From an uncultured Gammaproteobacteria bacterium (GTDB lineage Bacteria > Patescibacteriota > Patescibacteriia > Patescibacteriales > BS150m-G62): 64,000 nt of DNA. The translations under genes and the position numbers were made by a program. Location: positions 23,492-87,491 of the forward strand of contig CAZMSR010000003.1 in NCBI GenBank assembly GCA_964569045.1, in the 5' to 3' direction. This document shows, in pieces, positions 1 through 9,866 of the stretch. The notes beneath the pieces were generated by a model. That model was not told the origin of the DNA and did no database searches. It saw only the letters and a program-made list of their open reading frames with translations. Numbering within the stretch: position 1 is the stretch's first letter; every line of letters begins with the position of its first letter.

Positions 1-1703
1 AAATTTTTACAACAAGACCGGATACATTATTTGGTGCAACTTTTATGGTTGTATGTCCTGAGCATAGATTGATTAGTAAAAATAAATTAAAAATTAAGAA
101 TTACAATGAAGTTCTTGATTATATAAATAGTGCTAAAAATAAAAGTGATATTGATAGGACAGATTTAAATAAAGAAAAAACCGGGGTTATTATAGACGGA
201 GTGACGGCTATTAATCCTGTGAATAAAAAAAGAATTCCAGTTTTTATAGCAGATTATGTTTTGCCCGGTTATGGAACAGGAGCAATAATGGCTGTGCCTG
301 GGCATGATGAGCGAGATTTTGAATTTGCTAAAAAGTATAAGATAGATATTAAAGAAGTTGTAAGTTCAAGTGGTCGAAAGAGTGCTAAATTGTTAAATGC
401 TTATACAGAAGAAGGAATCTCCATTAATTCTGAGTTACTTAACGGATTAAAAACAAAAGATGCAAAAAATAAAATTATTGAATGTTTAGAAAAGAAAAAG
501 GTGGGAAGTAAAAAGATTAATTATAAGTTACGTGATTGGTGTGTTTCACGTCAACGTTATTGGGGGCCACCGATTCCAATGATAAAGTGCGAGTCTTGTG
601 GTTGGCTACCTGTTTTAAAGGAAAAATTGCCAATTATATTACCTGAGATGGATGATTTTTTGCCAGATGGAACAGGAAAAGGACCTTTAAATAAGATTGA
701 TGATTTTGTTTATGTTGATTGTTTTAAATGTGGTAGCAAAGCTTGTCGTGAAACTGATGTTTCTGACCCTTTTGTTGACTCTAGTTGGTATTTTTTAAGG
801 TATTTATCAGTAGAGTTTAATCGAAAGGCGCTTGATAAAGAAAGGTTGGAGCAATGGATGCCTGTCGATATGTATATTGGAGGAAAAGAACATTCAGTTT
901 TGCATTTACTTTATTCTAGATTTGTGACAATGGTTATGCATGATTTAGGTTATATAAAAAATGATGAGCCATTTGGGCAATTTAGGGCTCATGGTTTAGT
1001 AGTAAAAAACGGTGCTAAAATGAGTAAGTCAAAAGGCAATGTTGTTAATCCTGATGAGTATATAAATAAATTCGGTGCAGATACAGTTAGGATGTACTTA
1101 ATGTTTATGGGTGATATGCGACAAGGTGGAGATTGGAGAGATTTAGGTGTGTCTGGAATGCATCGTTTTTTAAAACGTGTTTATGCCTTACTTGATAAAA
1201 TAGCTCCATTAGACCAGCTTGCCGATAGAGGAGAAGACGATGATTTTAAGCGATTACTGCACAAGACAATAAAAGGAGTGAAGATTGATATGGAAAATTT
1301 AAAATATAATACAGCAATATCAAAATTAATGGTACTTGTTAATGCAATGTCAAAAACTGGATGCACTCGTGGTGAAATGGGGGATTTAGCAGTGATGCTT
1401 GCTTCATTTACCCCTCATCTATCTGAAGAAGTGTGGGGAAAATTAAAATTGGTAAAGGGTAGTATATTTGAGCAGGTATGGCCAGAATATGATGAGGCCT
1501 TAACTCAAGAAAAAATAATTGAGCTTGTTATTCAGGTGAATGGAAAAAACAGAGCAAAGCAAGAAGTTTTGCCAGATATTATGGAGCACGAGGCTAAAAA
1601 AATTGCTTTGGAGAATTCAAAAATTAAAGAATTGATTGGTGAAAAAAAAGTTTTGAAGATAATTTTTGTGCCTGGAAAATTAGTTAATATTGTTGTTAAA
1701 TAA
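1..1703 (+). CDS. leuS: leucyl-tRNA synthetase, C-terminal portion (5' end lies outside window)
   Basis: Translation shows class I aaRS features: CP1/editing-like region, a KMSKS-type motif (MSKSKGN) and a C-terminal anticodon-binding region. The ORF is open to the window start. Confidence 0.9.
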   Translation, partial: IFTTRPDTLFGATFMVVCPEHRLISKNKLKIKNYNEVLDYINSAKNKSDIDRTDLNKEKTGVIIDGVTAINPVNKKRIPVFIADYVLPGYGTGAIMAVPGHDERDFEFAKKYKIDIKEVVSSSGRKSAKLLNAYTEEGISINSELLNGLKTKDAKNKIIECLEKKKVGSKKINYKLRDWCVSRQRYWGPPIPMIKCESCGWLPVLKEKLPIILPEMDDFLPDGTGKGPLNKIDDFVYVDCFKCGSKACRETDVSDPFVDSSWYFLRYLSVEFNRKALDKERLEQWMPVDMYIGGKEHSVLHLLYSRFVTMVMHDLGYIKNDEPFGQFRAHGLVVKNGAKMSKSKGNVVNPDEYINKFGADTVRMYLMFMGDMRQGGDWRDLGVSGMHRFLKRVYALLDKIAPLDQLADRGEDDDFKRLLHKTIKGVKIDMENLKYNTAISKLMVLVNAMSKTGCTRGEMGDLAVMLASFTPHLSEEVWGKLKLVKGSIFEQVWPEYDEALTQEKIIELVIQVNGKNRAKQEVLPDIMEHEAKKIALENSKIKELIGEKKVLKIIFVPGKLVNIVVK

Positions 1704-1756
1704 TAGTATTAAATAATTTAGTGGTATGGTCCGTTATTGGGCCATTTTGGTTAAAT

Positions 1757-2326
1757 ATGGAGAATATTTTTTGTTTAGAGTATTTAGATAGAAGAGTTGA
1801 ATATGAATTAAGAAAAAGTAGCAAAGCTAGAAATATTAGAATTTCTATTGAGGGTTCCGGGTTGGTTAGTGTTACTTTACCCAAAATATTACCAGATATT
1901 TTTGCACATAGGTTTATAAAAGAAAAGGCTGACTGGATTTTAAAAAAAATTAATGAACTTGATTTAGAAAATAGATTTGTTTTGCCAAAAATAACAAGAA
2001 ATGAATATAAAAAATATAGATTACAAGCACATGAACTAGTATTAGGTAAAATAGAAAAATATAATAAATACTATAATTTTTTTTATAATAATATTTCTAT
2101 AAAAGATCAAAAAACTCGTTGGGGAAGTTGCTCTTCTAATAGAAATTTAAATTTTAATTATAAATTGTTGTTTTTAAAAGATTATTTAGTTGATTATGTG
2201 GTAGTGCATGAACTTTGTCACTTAAAAGAAATGAATCATTCTAAAGATTTTTGGAATTTAGTTAGTGAGTGCATTGGTGAGTATAAGAAGATTAGAAAAG
2301 AGTTAAAGGAGGTTAGAATTGAATAG
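1757..2326 (+). CDS. YgjP/DUF45-like zinc metallohydrolase (HExxH)
   Basis: HELCH (HExxH) motif followed by SKDFW, typical of the YgjP/DUF45 family. The ORF is open from 1721; the start was placed at the Met beginning MENIFCLEYLD by family length. Confidence 0.65.
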   Translation: MENIFCLEYLDRRVEYELRKSSKARNIRISIEGSGLVSVTLPKILPDIFAHRFIKEKADWILKKINELDLENRFVLPKITRNEYKKYRLQAHELVLGKIEKYNKYYNFFYNNISIKDQKTRWGSCSSNRNLNFNYKLLFLKDYLVDYVVVHELCHLKEMNHSKDFWNLVSECIGEYKKIRKELKEVRIE

Positions 2327-2411
2327 TTTTTGTTATAGAAAGTATTAACTGTAGAAGATGAAGTATACTGGATAAAGTGATATTGCGTTCAAGTGAGTAT
2401 GAGATTGTCTG

Positions 2412-2493
2412 TGCCGATGGTGGGAGTCGAACCCACATGTCTTGCGACACGCGATTTTGAATCGCGCGTGTATACCAATTCCACCACATCGGC
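2412..2493 (-). tRNA. tRNA-Leu (anticodon CAA)
   Basis: Reverse complement folds as a cloverleaf: acceptor GCCGATG/CATCGGC, anticodon arm CGCGA-TTCAAAA-TCGCG, long variable hairpin TGTCGCAAGACAT, T arm GTGGG-TTCGACT-CCCAC, discriminator A. CCA is not encoded. Confidence 0.85.
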
Positions 2494-2674
2494 TATTTTG
2501 CTGATTATAATTATATTATAATAAAAATGTATTAGATGTCAAAGTTGAAGGAGGGGAGTGTAAATGATATAATGTGTACAAAATATTAAAATAAAAAAAT
2601 TATTCAAAGAGCTTAATTGTTTAACTAATATAAGTGTACACTTAATTAATTTTAACAATTATTATTTTTTATAT

Positions 2675-5281
2675 ATGCCTATATTAAAGTCTTCTAGTAG
2701 AAGGGCTGCAAATAAACCAGCCTCCAGAAGAATAAATGCTTCATCATTTAAACAAGCAAGGGCTGGAGCAAGATTGAGAATGTCAGTAAAATCTAACTCT
2801 GCAAAAGGATTTAATGGAGTGTTGGATAAGTTGATATTTGGTTTAATATTGTTAAACGTTATTTTAACTCCTATTTTTATAACTGGGATTGTAACTCAAG
2901 GTTTGGGTTTTGAGAAAATGATACTTTTTTCAACTTTAACTATGATTGGAGTATTATTATGGATTATTAAAGGTTTTTTAAGTGGAAGTATGAAATTGAA
3001 ATGTACGCCACTGGATTGGTTTTTGGCAATATTCATGTTTTTTGTTTTTATCGCATCTATTTTTTCTGTTAGTGTAAAGGATAGTATTATTGGTCCTTAT
3101 GGATCTTTGTCAAAAGGCTTTGGCGCTCTTTTAGTCTATGTATTATTTTATTATTTAGTTGTAAATAATATTACGAAGGATAGAATGAAAGTGTTATTTT
3201 GGTCTTTGATTTCTTCTTTTGGGTTACTTTTATTCTATGCGTTGTTACAAATATTTGGAATTTTTTTGTTGCCATTTAATTTTACTCAATTAAATAGTTT
3301 TAATCCGGTTGGGTCTTTTTCAGCTTTAACTATGCTTTGCGGGGTTCTTTTGCCACTTATTGTAATTGTGATATCTAAAACTGATACTTTATTATCTAGT
3401 GGTAGTTTTTTAAAAGCCATAGTTGTAAGAGTTGGTTTTGGTTTGTTTTTACTGGTTGACTTGTTGCTTTTATTTATTTTGGATGGGTTTGCTTATTGGC
3501 CACTTATTATTATTTCAATGGTTGCGGTAATTGTTTTGTCATTTGTTAGAATTATTAGTATTGAAAAAAAGTATCTTGGGCTGCCTGTTGTAATTTTAAC
3601 ATGCGTTGTATTAATGAGTTCTTTTAATATTTATGTTGATAAACATAATCAAAAAATGGTTGAAAAATACAGTAATAATACGCAAGAATTACAAAAAAAT
3701 GTTAAAAAAAGATTGGATTTTGCTTCAGTATTTAATATTGATCAATTGCCAGCAGAAGTGAGTTTGAGTCGATCCGCATCTTGGCAGATAGCAAAAGAGA
3801 GTACTTTTGAAAATCCCATAATTGGATCTGGACCAGCTACTTATTATTATGCTTTTAATAAATACAAAGGAACAGATTTTAATCAGACAAATTTATGGAA
3901 TATTGAATTTGATAATGCTACAAGTTTGTATTTAGAGTTGTTCTCTACATTAGGAGTGCTTGGATTTTTATCCTTTGTTTTGTTGACTATATTTGCTGTT
4001 GTTTCTTTAGTGAAAAAAATACTTAAAGAAGAAGAGGCGTCTTTAAAAGTGATTTTAGTAGGGTTGACAATGAGTGTTATTATGATAATTCTCTATGCAT
4101 TATTATTTGGTTTTAATTCAATTTTAATTTTATTGTCAGTTTTAATTTCTGTTTTGTCTTGTGCATATGTTTATTGCACAAGTGATAATGATGTTGAGGT
4201 TAGCTTATTGTTTAATAAGTCGTCTAAGGTAAGTTCAAAAATCTTGGCCGGTGTTTTAGTTTTTGTTGGAATAATTTCATTTATTGTGTTGGTGAAAGGA
4301 GTTAAAATATATGTAGCAGATTGCTATGCAAAGAAATCCATGGCATCTTCCGATCTTGAGGAAAGAGTTCAGTTACTTGAAAAAGCTGCAAAATTAGCTC
4401 CATTTCAAGACAGTTATTATGTTGCTTTATCTAATTATTATGTTTCGTTAGCCAATCAAAGTGCATCAAGTGGTGACAAGAATAAAGCTAGTGCTTATTT
4501 AGAGAAAAGTATTGAATTAGGGAAAATGGCAGTTAAGTTAGCGCCAAATAAATCTAGTAATCATGAATCTTTAGCTCTTTTATATGAAAATGCATTTTAT
4601 TATGACCAAGGTGCTTTAGAATATGCTGAAAAAAGTTATCAAATAGTTATAGAACTGGAGCCAGATAGTCCAACACCTTATTTAAGATTAGGTTTAATAA
4701 ATATGACAAAAGCAAGAATGGAAAGTGCGGTAGATGAAAAGAAGTATTATGTAAATAAAGCAATAAAAATGTATGATGAGTCTATTAAAAGAAAATCTAA
4801 TTTGGCTTCTTCTCATTATGGCAAATCAATTGCTTATGAAACACTCGGTGATTTAAATATTGCTATACAAAGTTTAACTAATGCTACTATTCTTAACCAA
4901 AATGTAGGATTTATATTTGAGCTTGGTCGGTTGTATTTTAATAGAGGTGTGTTAGTGCCGGCATTAGTGCAAGGAAAAGATGCTGTTGAAGATTTAGTTG
5001 GTAAGGAAAATGGTGTTAATATGGAGCTTAGTGTTAAGCAAGTTCAGGTTGCAGAAGGTGTAATGAAAAAAAATTCAGATTTAGCATCAGCAGAGCAATT
5101 ATTTTTAAGTATACTGTTAAATAATCAAAATCATGCAAATGCAAGATATTCATTAGCTTTGTTGTATAATAAAGTTGGTGATACAGAAAAAGCAAGTATA
5201 ATGGTTAAATCACTTCTTAAAATTATAAAAGACGAAAATCAAAAAGAAGCAATCCGTAAACAGTTTCCTGGATTATATTAA
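2675..5281 (+). CDS. polytopic membrane protein (O-antigen ligase/Wzy-like) with C-terminal TPR-like repeat region
   Basis: About 12 hydrophobic helices in the first ~550 aa, then an Ala/Leu/Tyr-rich helical repeat region (TPR-like). The true start may be the internal Met (MSVKS...), which is preceded by GGAG. Confidence 0.5.
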   Translation: MPILKSSSRRAANKPASRRINASSFKQARAGARLRMSVKSNSAKGFNGVLDKLIFGLILLNVILTPIFITGIVTQGLGFEKMILFSTLTMIGVLLWIIKGFLSGSMKLKCTPLDWFLAIFMFFVFIASIFSVSVKDSIIGPYGSLSKGFGALLVYVLFYYLVVNNITKDRMKVLFWSLISSFGLLLFYALLQIFGIFLLPFNFTQLNSFNPVGSFSALTMLCGVLLPLIVIVISKTDTLLSSGSFLKAIVVRVGFGLFLLVDLLLLFILDGFAYWPLIIISMVAVIVLSFVRIISIEKKYLGLPVVILTCVVLMSSFNIYVDKHNQKMVEKYSNNTQELQKNVKKRLDFASVFNIDQLPAEVSLSRSASWQIAKESTFENPIIGSGPATYYYAFNKYKGTDFNQTNLWNIEFDNATSLYLELFSTLGVLGFLSFVLLTIFAVVSLVKKILKEEEASLKVILVGLTMSVIMIILYALLFGFNSILILLSVLISVLSCAYVYCTSDNDVEVSLLFNKSSKVSSKILAGVLVFVGIISFIVLVKGVKIYVADCYAKKSMASSDLEERVQLLEKAAKLAPFQDSYYVALSNYYVSLANQSASSGDKNKASAYLEKSIELGKMAVKLAPNKSSNHESLALLYENAFYYDQGALEYAEKSYQIVIELEPDSPTPYLRLGLINMTKARMESAVDEKKYYVNKAIKMYDESIKRKSNLASSHYGKSIAYETLGDLNIAIQSLTNATILNQNVGFIFELGRLYFNRGVLVPALVQGKDAVEDLVGKENGVNMELSVKQVQVAEGVMKKNSDLASAEQLFLSILLNNQNHANARYSLALLYNKVGDTEKASIMVKSLLKIIKDENQKEAIRKQFPGLY

Positions 5282-5343
5282 TTTTGTTGGTTTATTTACA
5301 AAGTCTTTAGGGTGCTGTATGCTCTAAAGGCTTTTATTTTATT

Positions 5344-6441
5344 ATGTTAAAAAAAAAGAAAATTATTATTGCAATGTCCGGTGGAGTTGATTCATCAGTA
5401 GCAGCTAAGTTGTTAGTGGATGATGGGTATGATGTCTTAGGTATTTTTTTGTCTTTTTGGAAAGACGCTAAAGCTATGAATGTTGAAAATAAATGTTGCT
5501 CAGCAAAAGCTTTAACAGATGCTAGAGCAGTTTGTACGCAGATTGGTATAAAGTTATATGTTCTTGATTTTTCTGAAGTTTTTAAAAAGGAGATTGTAGA
5601 TAATTTTTTGTCCGAATATGATATTGGCAACACTCCTAATCCATGTGTTAGATGTAATAAATTTGTTAAATTAGGCTTATTAATTAAAAAAGCTAAAACG
5701 TTAGGTTATGATAAAGTTGCAACAGGACATTATGCTAGAGTAATAAAAGAAAGGGTATTTTTAGAGAATAAAAAAAAGACTAAGTATAAGTTATTAAAAG
5801 GTGTTGATGAAAAAAAAGACCAATCATATTATTTGTATAAGTTTGGTCAAAAAGAGTTGTCGCATTTAGTTTTCCCATTAGGAGGATTTACAAAACAGGA
5901 AGTGAGGCGAATGGCCTTGAAATATAATTTGCCAGTAGCTACAAAAACTGAAAGCCAGGAAATTTGTTTTGTTCCTGATGATCATAATACATTTTTAAAA
6001 AATTATTTAAAGCTTGTGCCGGGTCAAATCAAAGATTTAAGTGAGAAGGTTCTTGGAGCTCATCAAGGATTACCTCTATATACTATTGGACAAAGAAAAG
6101 GAATTGAAATTGGCGGAGTTGGCCCTTTTTATGTTGTTCGAAAAGATGCAGTTCAAAATGTTTTATTTGTTACAAATAATCCACTTGATTCAGAATTATT
6201 TAAAAAAAATGTAGTTGTGTGTGATTTGAATTGGATTAAATATGGTTGTGATTCTTTTGTATTATGTGAAGCAGTAATTCGTTATGGTGCTAAGCCTGTG
6301 GTATGCAAAGTTAGTAATATTAAAAAAGAATTAAATAAATGTTTTGTGAGTTTTAGTAAACCTCAAAGAGCGATTACTTCTGGGCAGAGTATTGTTTTTT
6401 ATGAAAAAGATGAGCTTTTAGGAGGAGGAATTATCGAGTAG
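5344..6441 (+). CDS. mnmA: tRNA-specific 2-thiouridylase MnmA
   Basis: PP-loop SGGVDSS, CCSAKAL and NPCVRCN motifs; length about 365 aa. Confidence 0.9.
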   Translation: MLKKKKIIIAMSGGVDSSVAAKLLVDDGYDVLGIFLSFWKDAKAMNVENKCCSAKALTDARAVCTQIGIKLYVLDFSEVFKKEIVDNFLSEYDIGNTPNPCVRCNKFVKLGLLIKKAKTLGYDKVATGHYARVIKERVFLENKKKTKYKLLKGVDEKKDQSYYLYKFGQKELSHLVFPLGGFTKQEVRRMALKYNLPVATKTESQEICFVPDDHNTFLKNYLKLVPGQIKDLSEKVLGAHQGLPLYTIGQRKGIEIGGVGPFYVVRKDAVQNVLFVTNNPLDSELFKKNVVVCDLNWIKYGCDSFVLCEAVIRYGAKPVVCKVSNIKKELNKCFVSFSKPQRAITSGQSIVFYEKDELLGGGIIE

Positions 6442-6457
6442 ATATTTAATAATTTGT

Positions 6458-6826
6458 TTATCTGGTGTTAAGTATTTGCATAATTTCAGTTGGGAGTTCA
6501 TTTGAATTTATATTTTTTACATCAAGGTTATTAACCATATTTTGAAGCGCATTTTGCAAGATATCATTACTACCAGTTACTCCGCCGCCAATGCCAAACA
6601 AATTTTTATAATCTTCTAGTAAATTACTAATAATTGGTGGTAAATATAATATACCTAAAATAATTGGCACAATAATAATAATTAATTTAATTATACCCAT
6701 TACTTCAGATATTATTGTAAATCTTCTAATTTTTTTGGTAGTTTCATTTATCTCTTCTGTTAATTCGTGGATGTGTTTGGTTAATTTAGCGTTTTGACGT
6801 ATTATTTTTTTTATATCTTCGTCCAT
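6458..6826 (-). CDS. hypothetical small membrane protein
   Basis: 122-aa ORF with one strongly hydrophobic helix (IIKLIIIIVPIILGILYL). Co-oriented with and downstream of nrdG. Confidence 0.4.
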   Translation of the reverse strand: MDEDIKKIIRQNAKLTKHIHELTEEINETTKKIRRFTIISEVMGIIKLIIIIVPIILGILYLPPIISNLLEDYKNLFGIGGGVTGSNDILQNALQNMVNNLDVKNINSNELPTEIMQILNTR

Positions 6827-6838
6827 TGTTTTTTTAAA

Positions 6839-7555
6839 TTATCTTAATATGCAATTTTTTACATATAAATTACCAATTTTTATTAAATCTTGCAGTTTTT
6901 TTTCACTAAATTGTTTTTCATTTTTAAATTTTAAATTTATTAATTCAGTGTTATTTTTAAAATTTTGAATATACCATAATTTTGCACCTTTAATTAGTTT
7001 CCCCATTTCATGAAAATCATCTATGGTGTGCGCTTTTGGTAAAGTGGTAGTTCTGAATTCATATGGAATTTGTCCCTTTAATAATATTGTAATGCTTTTT
7101 TTGATTTCGTTCAAATTGTTTATTGAGTTAGTTGTGCAAGAGTATTTGCTAAGCGGTGCTTTAATATCCATTGCAATATAATCAATAAGATTTCTATTTA
7201 TTAGTTTATTGATCATAGTCGAATTGCTGCCATTTGAGTCAAGTTTTATTTTGAATCCAATTTGCTTTATTTTTTTTATAAAGCTTGGTAAGTCATTGTG
7301 GATTGTTGGCTCACCGCCTGATATTACAATTGCATCTATTTTTTTGGCCCTATTTTTAAGAAATTCAAAAAGATCACCCTCACTGATACTTTGAGGATGA
7401 TCTTTATTATTTGCCTTACCAAGAGTATTTGGCACGACAAGCATTGGATTGTAACAATGGTGGCATCTGAAATTGCATCCTTGTGTGAAAATAATAGCTG
7501 CAAGTTCTCCCGGGTAATCAATTAAAGTTAATTTATCAATTCCGCCAATAATCAT
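6839..7555 (-). CDS. nrdG: anaerobic ribonucleoside-triphosphate reductase activating protein (radical SAM)
   Basis: CNFRCHHCYNP radical-SAM cysteine motif near the N-terminus. Lies in the nrdD operon context. Confidence 0.85.
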   Translation of the reverse strand: MIIGGIDKLTLIDYPGELAAIIFTQGCNFRCHHCYNPMLVVPNTLGKANNKDHPQSISEGDLFEFLKNRAKKIDAIVISGGEPTIHNDLPSFIKKIKQIGFKIKLDSNGSNSTMINKLINRNLIDYIAMDIKAPLSKYSCTTNSINNLNEIKKSITILLKGQIPYEFRTTTLPKAHTIDDFHEMGKLIKGAKLWYIQNFKNNTELINLKFKNEKQFSEKKLQDLIKIGNLYVKNCILR

Positions 7556-7578
7556 AAAATTGATTTATTAGATAATAT

Positions 7579-7722
7579 TTAATCTCCAATTTGTTTGTCA
7601 TAGGTGCTTCTATCTTCAAATTCACTTTGTTTTCCTTTATTCCAGCATCTAGTTCCGGTATACCAGCCGCATACTCTTGAATAAACAGTGCATTCTTGAC
7701 GTTTTATTTTGATTGGTGACAT
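7579..7722 (-). CDS. stand-alone glycyl-radical domain of NrdD (47 aa), encoded separately from the NrdD body
   Basis: MSPIKIKRQECTVYSRVCGWYTGTRCWNKGKQSEFEDRSTYDKQIGD. By my recollection of the E. coli sequence, its RVCGW...NKGKQSEF matches the C-terminal glycyl-radical segment of E. coli NrdD (RVCGY...NAGKQEEV). AAGGAGG sits 5 nt upstream of the ATG. Confidence 0.6.
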   Translation of the reverse strand: MSPIKIKRQECTVYSRVCGWYTGTRCWNKGKQSEFEDRSTYDKQIGD

Positions 7723-7789
7723 TATTTCCTCCTTCTAGATATAGCTTTTATGAGCAAATTTGCTTTAAAAGATATGTCTAGTTATTTAT

Positions 7790-9841
7790 TTAATTAAAAT
7801 TATTAATTGATTGATTTGTATTTTCTGTATACCCGATTTCAATATCGCATTTTGGGCAATATTTATGTTCTCCGGCTAAGTATCCATGCTTAGGGCAGAT
7901 GCTGAATGTTGGTGTTATTGTGTAATATGGTAATCTGTAATTGTATGCGATTTTTTTTACTAGTTTTTTGCATGCGTCAGCATTAGTAACTCTTTCTCCA
8001 ATAAATCCATGTAATACAGTGCCGCCTGTGTATTTTGTTTGTAAATCATCCTGTAATTCAAGAGCGCTAAAAATATCATCTGTGTATCCAACTGGTAGAT
8101 GTGTGGAATTTGTGTAGTAGGGCGGTACTTGTTCTGTGTTTACTTTTTTTTCGTTTGCAACAACAATATCAGAAAAAAGTTCCTTGTCTTTTTTTGCAAA
8201 TCTGTATGTAGCGCCTTCTGCCGGCGAGGCCTCAAGATTGTATAAATTATCTGTATCGTTTTGAAAATCCATTAATTTTTCTCGCATAAATTCTAGTACT
8301 TTTGTTGCAAATTTTTTTCCTTCTTCTGTTGAAATATTTTTATCAATAAGATTAATTGCTCCTTCATTAACTCCGTTAATTCCAATTGTATTAAAATGAT
8401 TTTTCCAGTATGATCCAAATCTTTTTTTTATGTCAACTAAATAGTGTCTGGAGTAGGGATACAAACCTTCTTCTGTGTATCTTTCTATTACTTTTCTTTT
8501 TATTTCAAGGCTATCTTTGGCTGTTTTCATCAATAATTCGAGTTTTTCTAAGTATTCTTCTTGATTTTTAGATATGTAGCCTAATCTTGCCCCATTAATT
8601 GTTACAACACCTAGCGAACCGGTTAGTGGGTTTGCACCAAAAAGCCCACCGCCTCTTTTTTTTAATTCTCTGTTGTCTAATCTTAATCTGCAGCACATAC
8701 TTCTTGCATCATCTCTATCCATATCTGAATTAATAAAATTGGAAAAATAAGGAATCCCATATTTTGCTGTCATTTCCCATGCTGGCTTAAGAGCAGGTGA
8801 GTCCCAGTCAAAATTTTTATCAATATTATATGTTGGTATAGGAAAGGCAAAAATTCTTCCGGTTGAATCACCCTCTATCATCACTTCTGCTAAGCATTTA
8901 TTAAATAAATTCATTTCGTTTTGAAAATCTTTGTATTTCTCTGATTTTATTTCACCACCAATTATTATATTTTCTTCTCCGGTTTGTTTTGACGGTGTAA
9001 CATCAAGAGTTATATTAGTAAACGGTGTTTGAAATCCAACTCTTGTAGGTACGTTCATATTAAAAAGAAATTCTTGAAGAGCTTGCTTTACCTCTGTTTC
9101 ATTTAGATTGTCATACTGAATAAACGGTGCCAGGTATGTGTCAAAGTTTGAAAATGCTTGAGCGCCGGCTGCTTCGCCTTGCATTGTGTATAGAAAATTT
9201 ACAATTTGACCTAGTGCACTTCTAAAATGCTTTGGGGCTTTACTTTGTACTTTTTCTTTAACCCCACCAAATCCTTTGGTTAATAAATCTCGTAAATCCC
9301 ATCCGCAACAATATGGTGCTAATAAGCCAAGATCATGAATATGAAAATCACCGCAAATGTGAGAGTTCCTGATATTTTCCGGATAAAGCTTGTTAAGCCA
9401 GTATCGAGCTGAAATTGATGAGGCAACATAATTATTTAATCCTTGAACTGAAAAATTCATGTTTGAATTTTCCTGCAATCTCCAATCATTTTTGCCTAGA
9501 TAGTCCTGCATTAATTTTTCTTCTGTGCTTTGCAAATCACGTAGTTGTCTGTGTTGATCTCTGTAAAGAATATATGCTTTGGCTATTTTAATGGCTTTGT
9601 TTGAGATTAATACTTCTTCGACTATATCTTGAATTTCTTCAACTGCTGGAATTGAACGAGTATGAAATTTTAAATTTATTGCTTTTATTGCTTTATTACT
9701 AAGTTCTTTGGCTAATTTTTCGTTTGGTTTACCGGTGGCTTCGGCAGCTTTTTGAATAGCATTAGTAATTTTATCTTGATTAAAGTCAGCAATTTCATCA
9801 GAGCGTTTTCTTATTTTAGTAATTGTTTTTATTGTTGACAT
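7790..9841 (-). CDS. nrdD: anaerobic ribonucleoside-triphosphate reductase (class III), lacking the glycyl-radical tail
   Basis: N-terminal ATP-cone and a C-terminal Cys/His zinc-ribbon segment (CPKH...CPKC). Stops 67 nt before the small glycyl-radical ORF. Followed by nrdG. Confidence 0.9.
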   Translation of the reverse strand: MSTIKTITKIRKRSDEIADFNQDKITNAIQKAAEATGKPNEKLAKELSNKAIKAINLKFHTRSIPAVEEIQDIVEEVLISNKAIKIAKAYILYRDQHRQLRDLQSTEEKLMQDYLGKNDWRLQENSNMNFSVQGLNNYVASSISARYWLNKLYPENIRNSHICGDFHIHDLGLLAPYCCGWDLRDLLTKGFGGVKEKVQSKAPKHFRSALGQIVNFLYTMQGEAAGAQAFSNFDTYLAPFIQYDNLNETEVKQALQEFLFNMNVPTRVGFQTPFTNITLDVTPSKQTGEENIIIGGEIKSEKYKDFQNEMNLFNKCLAEVMIEGDSTGRIFAFPIPTYNIDKNFDWDSPALKPAWEMTAKYGIPYFSNFINSDMDRDDARSMCCRLRLDNRELKKRGGGLFGANPLTGSLGVVTINGARLGYISKNQEEYLEKLELLMKTAKDSLEIKRKVIERYTEEGLYPYSRHYLVDIKKRFGSYWKNHFNTIGINGVNEGAINLIDKNISTEEGKKFATKVLEFMREKLMDFQNDTDNLYNLEASPAEGATYRFAKKDKELFSDIVVANEKKVNTEQVPPYYTNSTHLPVGYTDDIFSALELQDDLQTKYTGGTVLHGFIGERVTNADACKKLVKKIAYNYRLPYYTITPTFSICPKHGYLAGEHKYCPKCDIEIGYTENTNQSINNFN

Positions 9842-9866
9842 TGATTGTTAATCTCAAAATATAAAT

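Noticed and set aside
1181-1366. Numerous 60-130-aa antisense or overlapping ORFs from the six-frame track
   Set aside because: Examples are 1181-1366, 5334-5633, 7209-7521, 25055-25444, 28521-28936, 43844-44710, 47260-47658, 48341-49889, 50201-50461, 50937-52292, 55701-55895, 56758-56949, 57345-57548, 58403-59833 and 62267-62458. All lie wholly inside well-supported genes on the other strand or frame and have low-complexity composition.
7723-7789. Possibility that the nrdD / small-ORF split is a simple frameshift artefact
   Set aside because: Not fully excluded. But the junction carries a canonical AAGGAGG-N5-ATG and an extra ~45 residues relative to fused NrdDs. This is more consistent with two genes than with a single indel.
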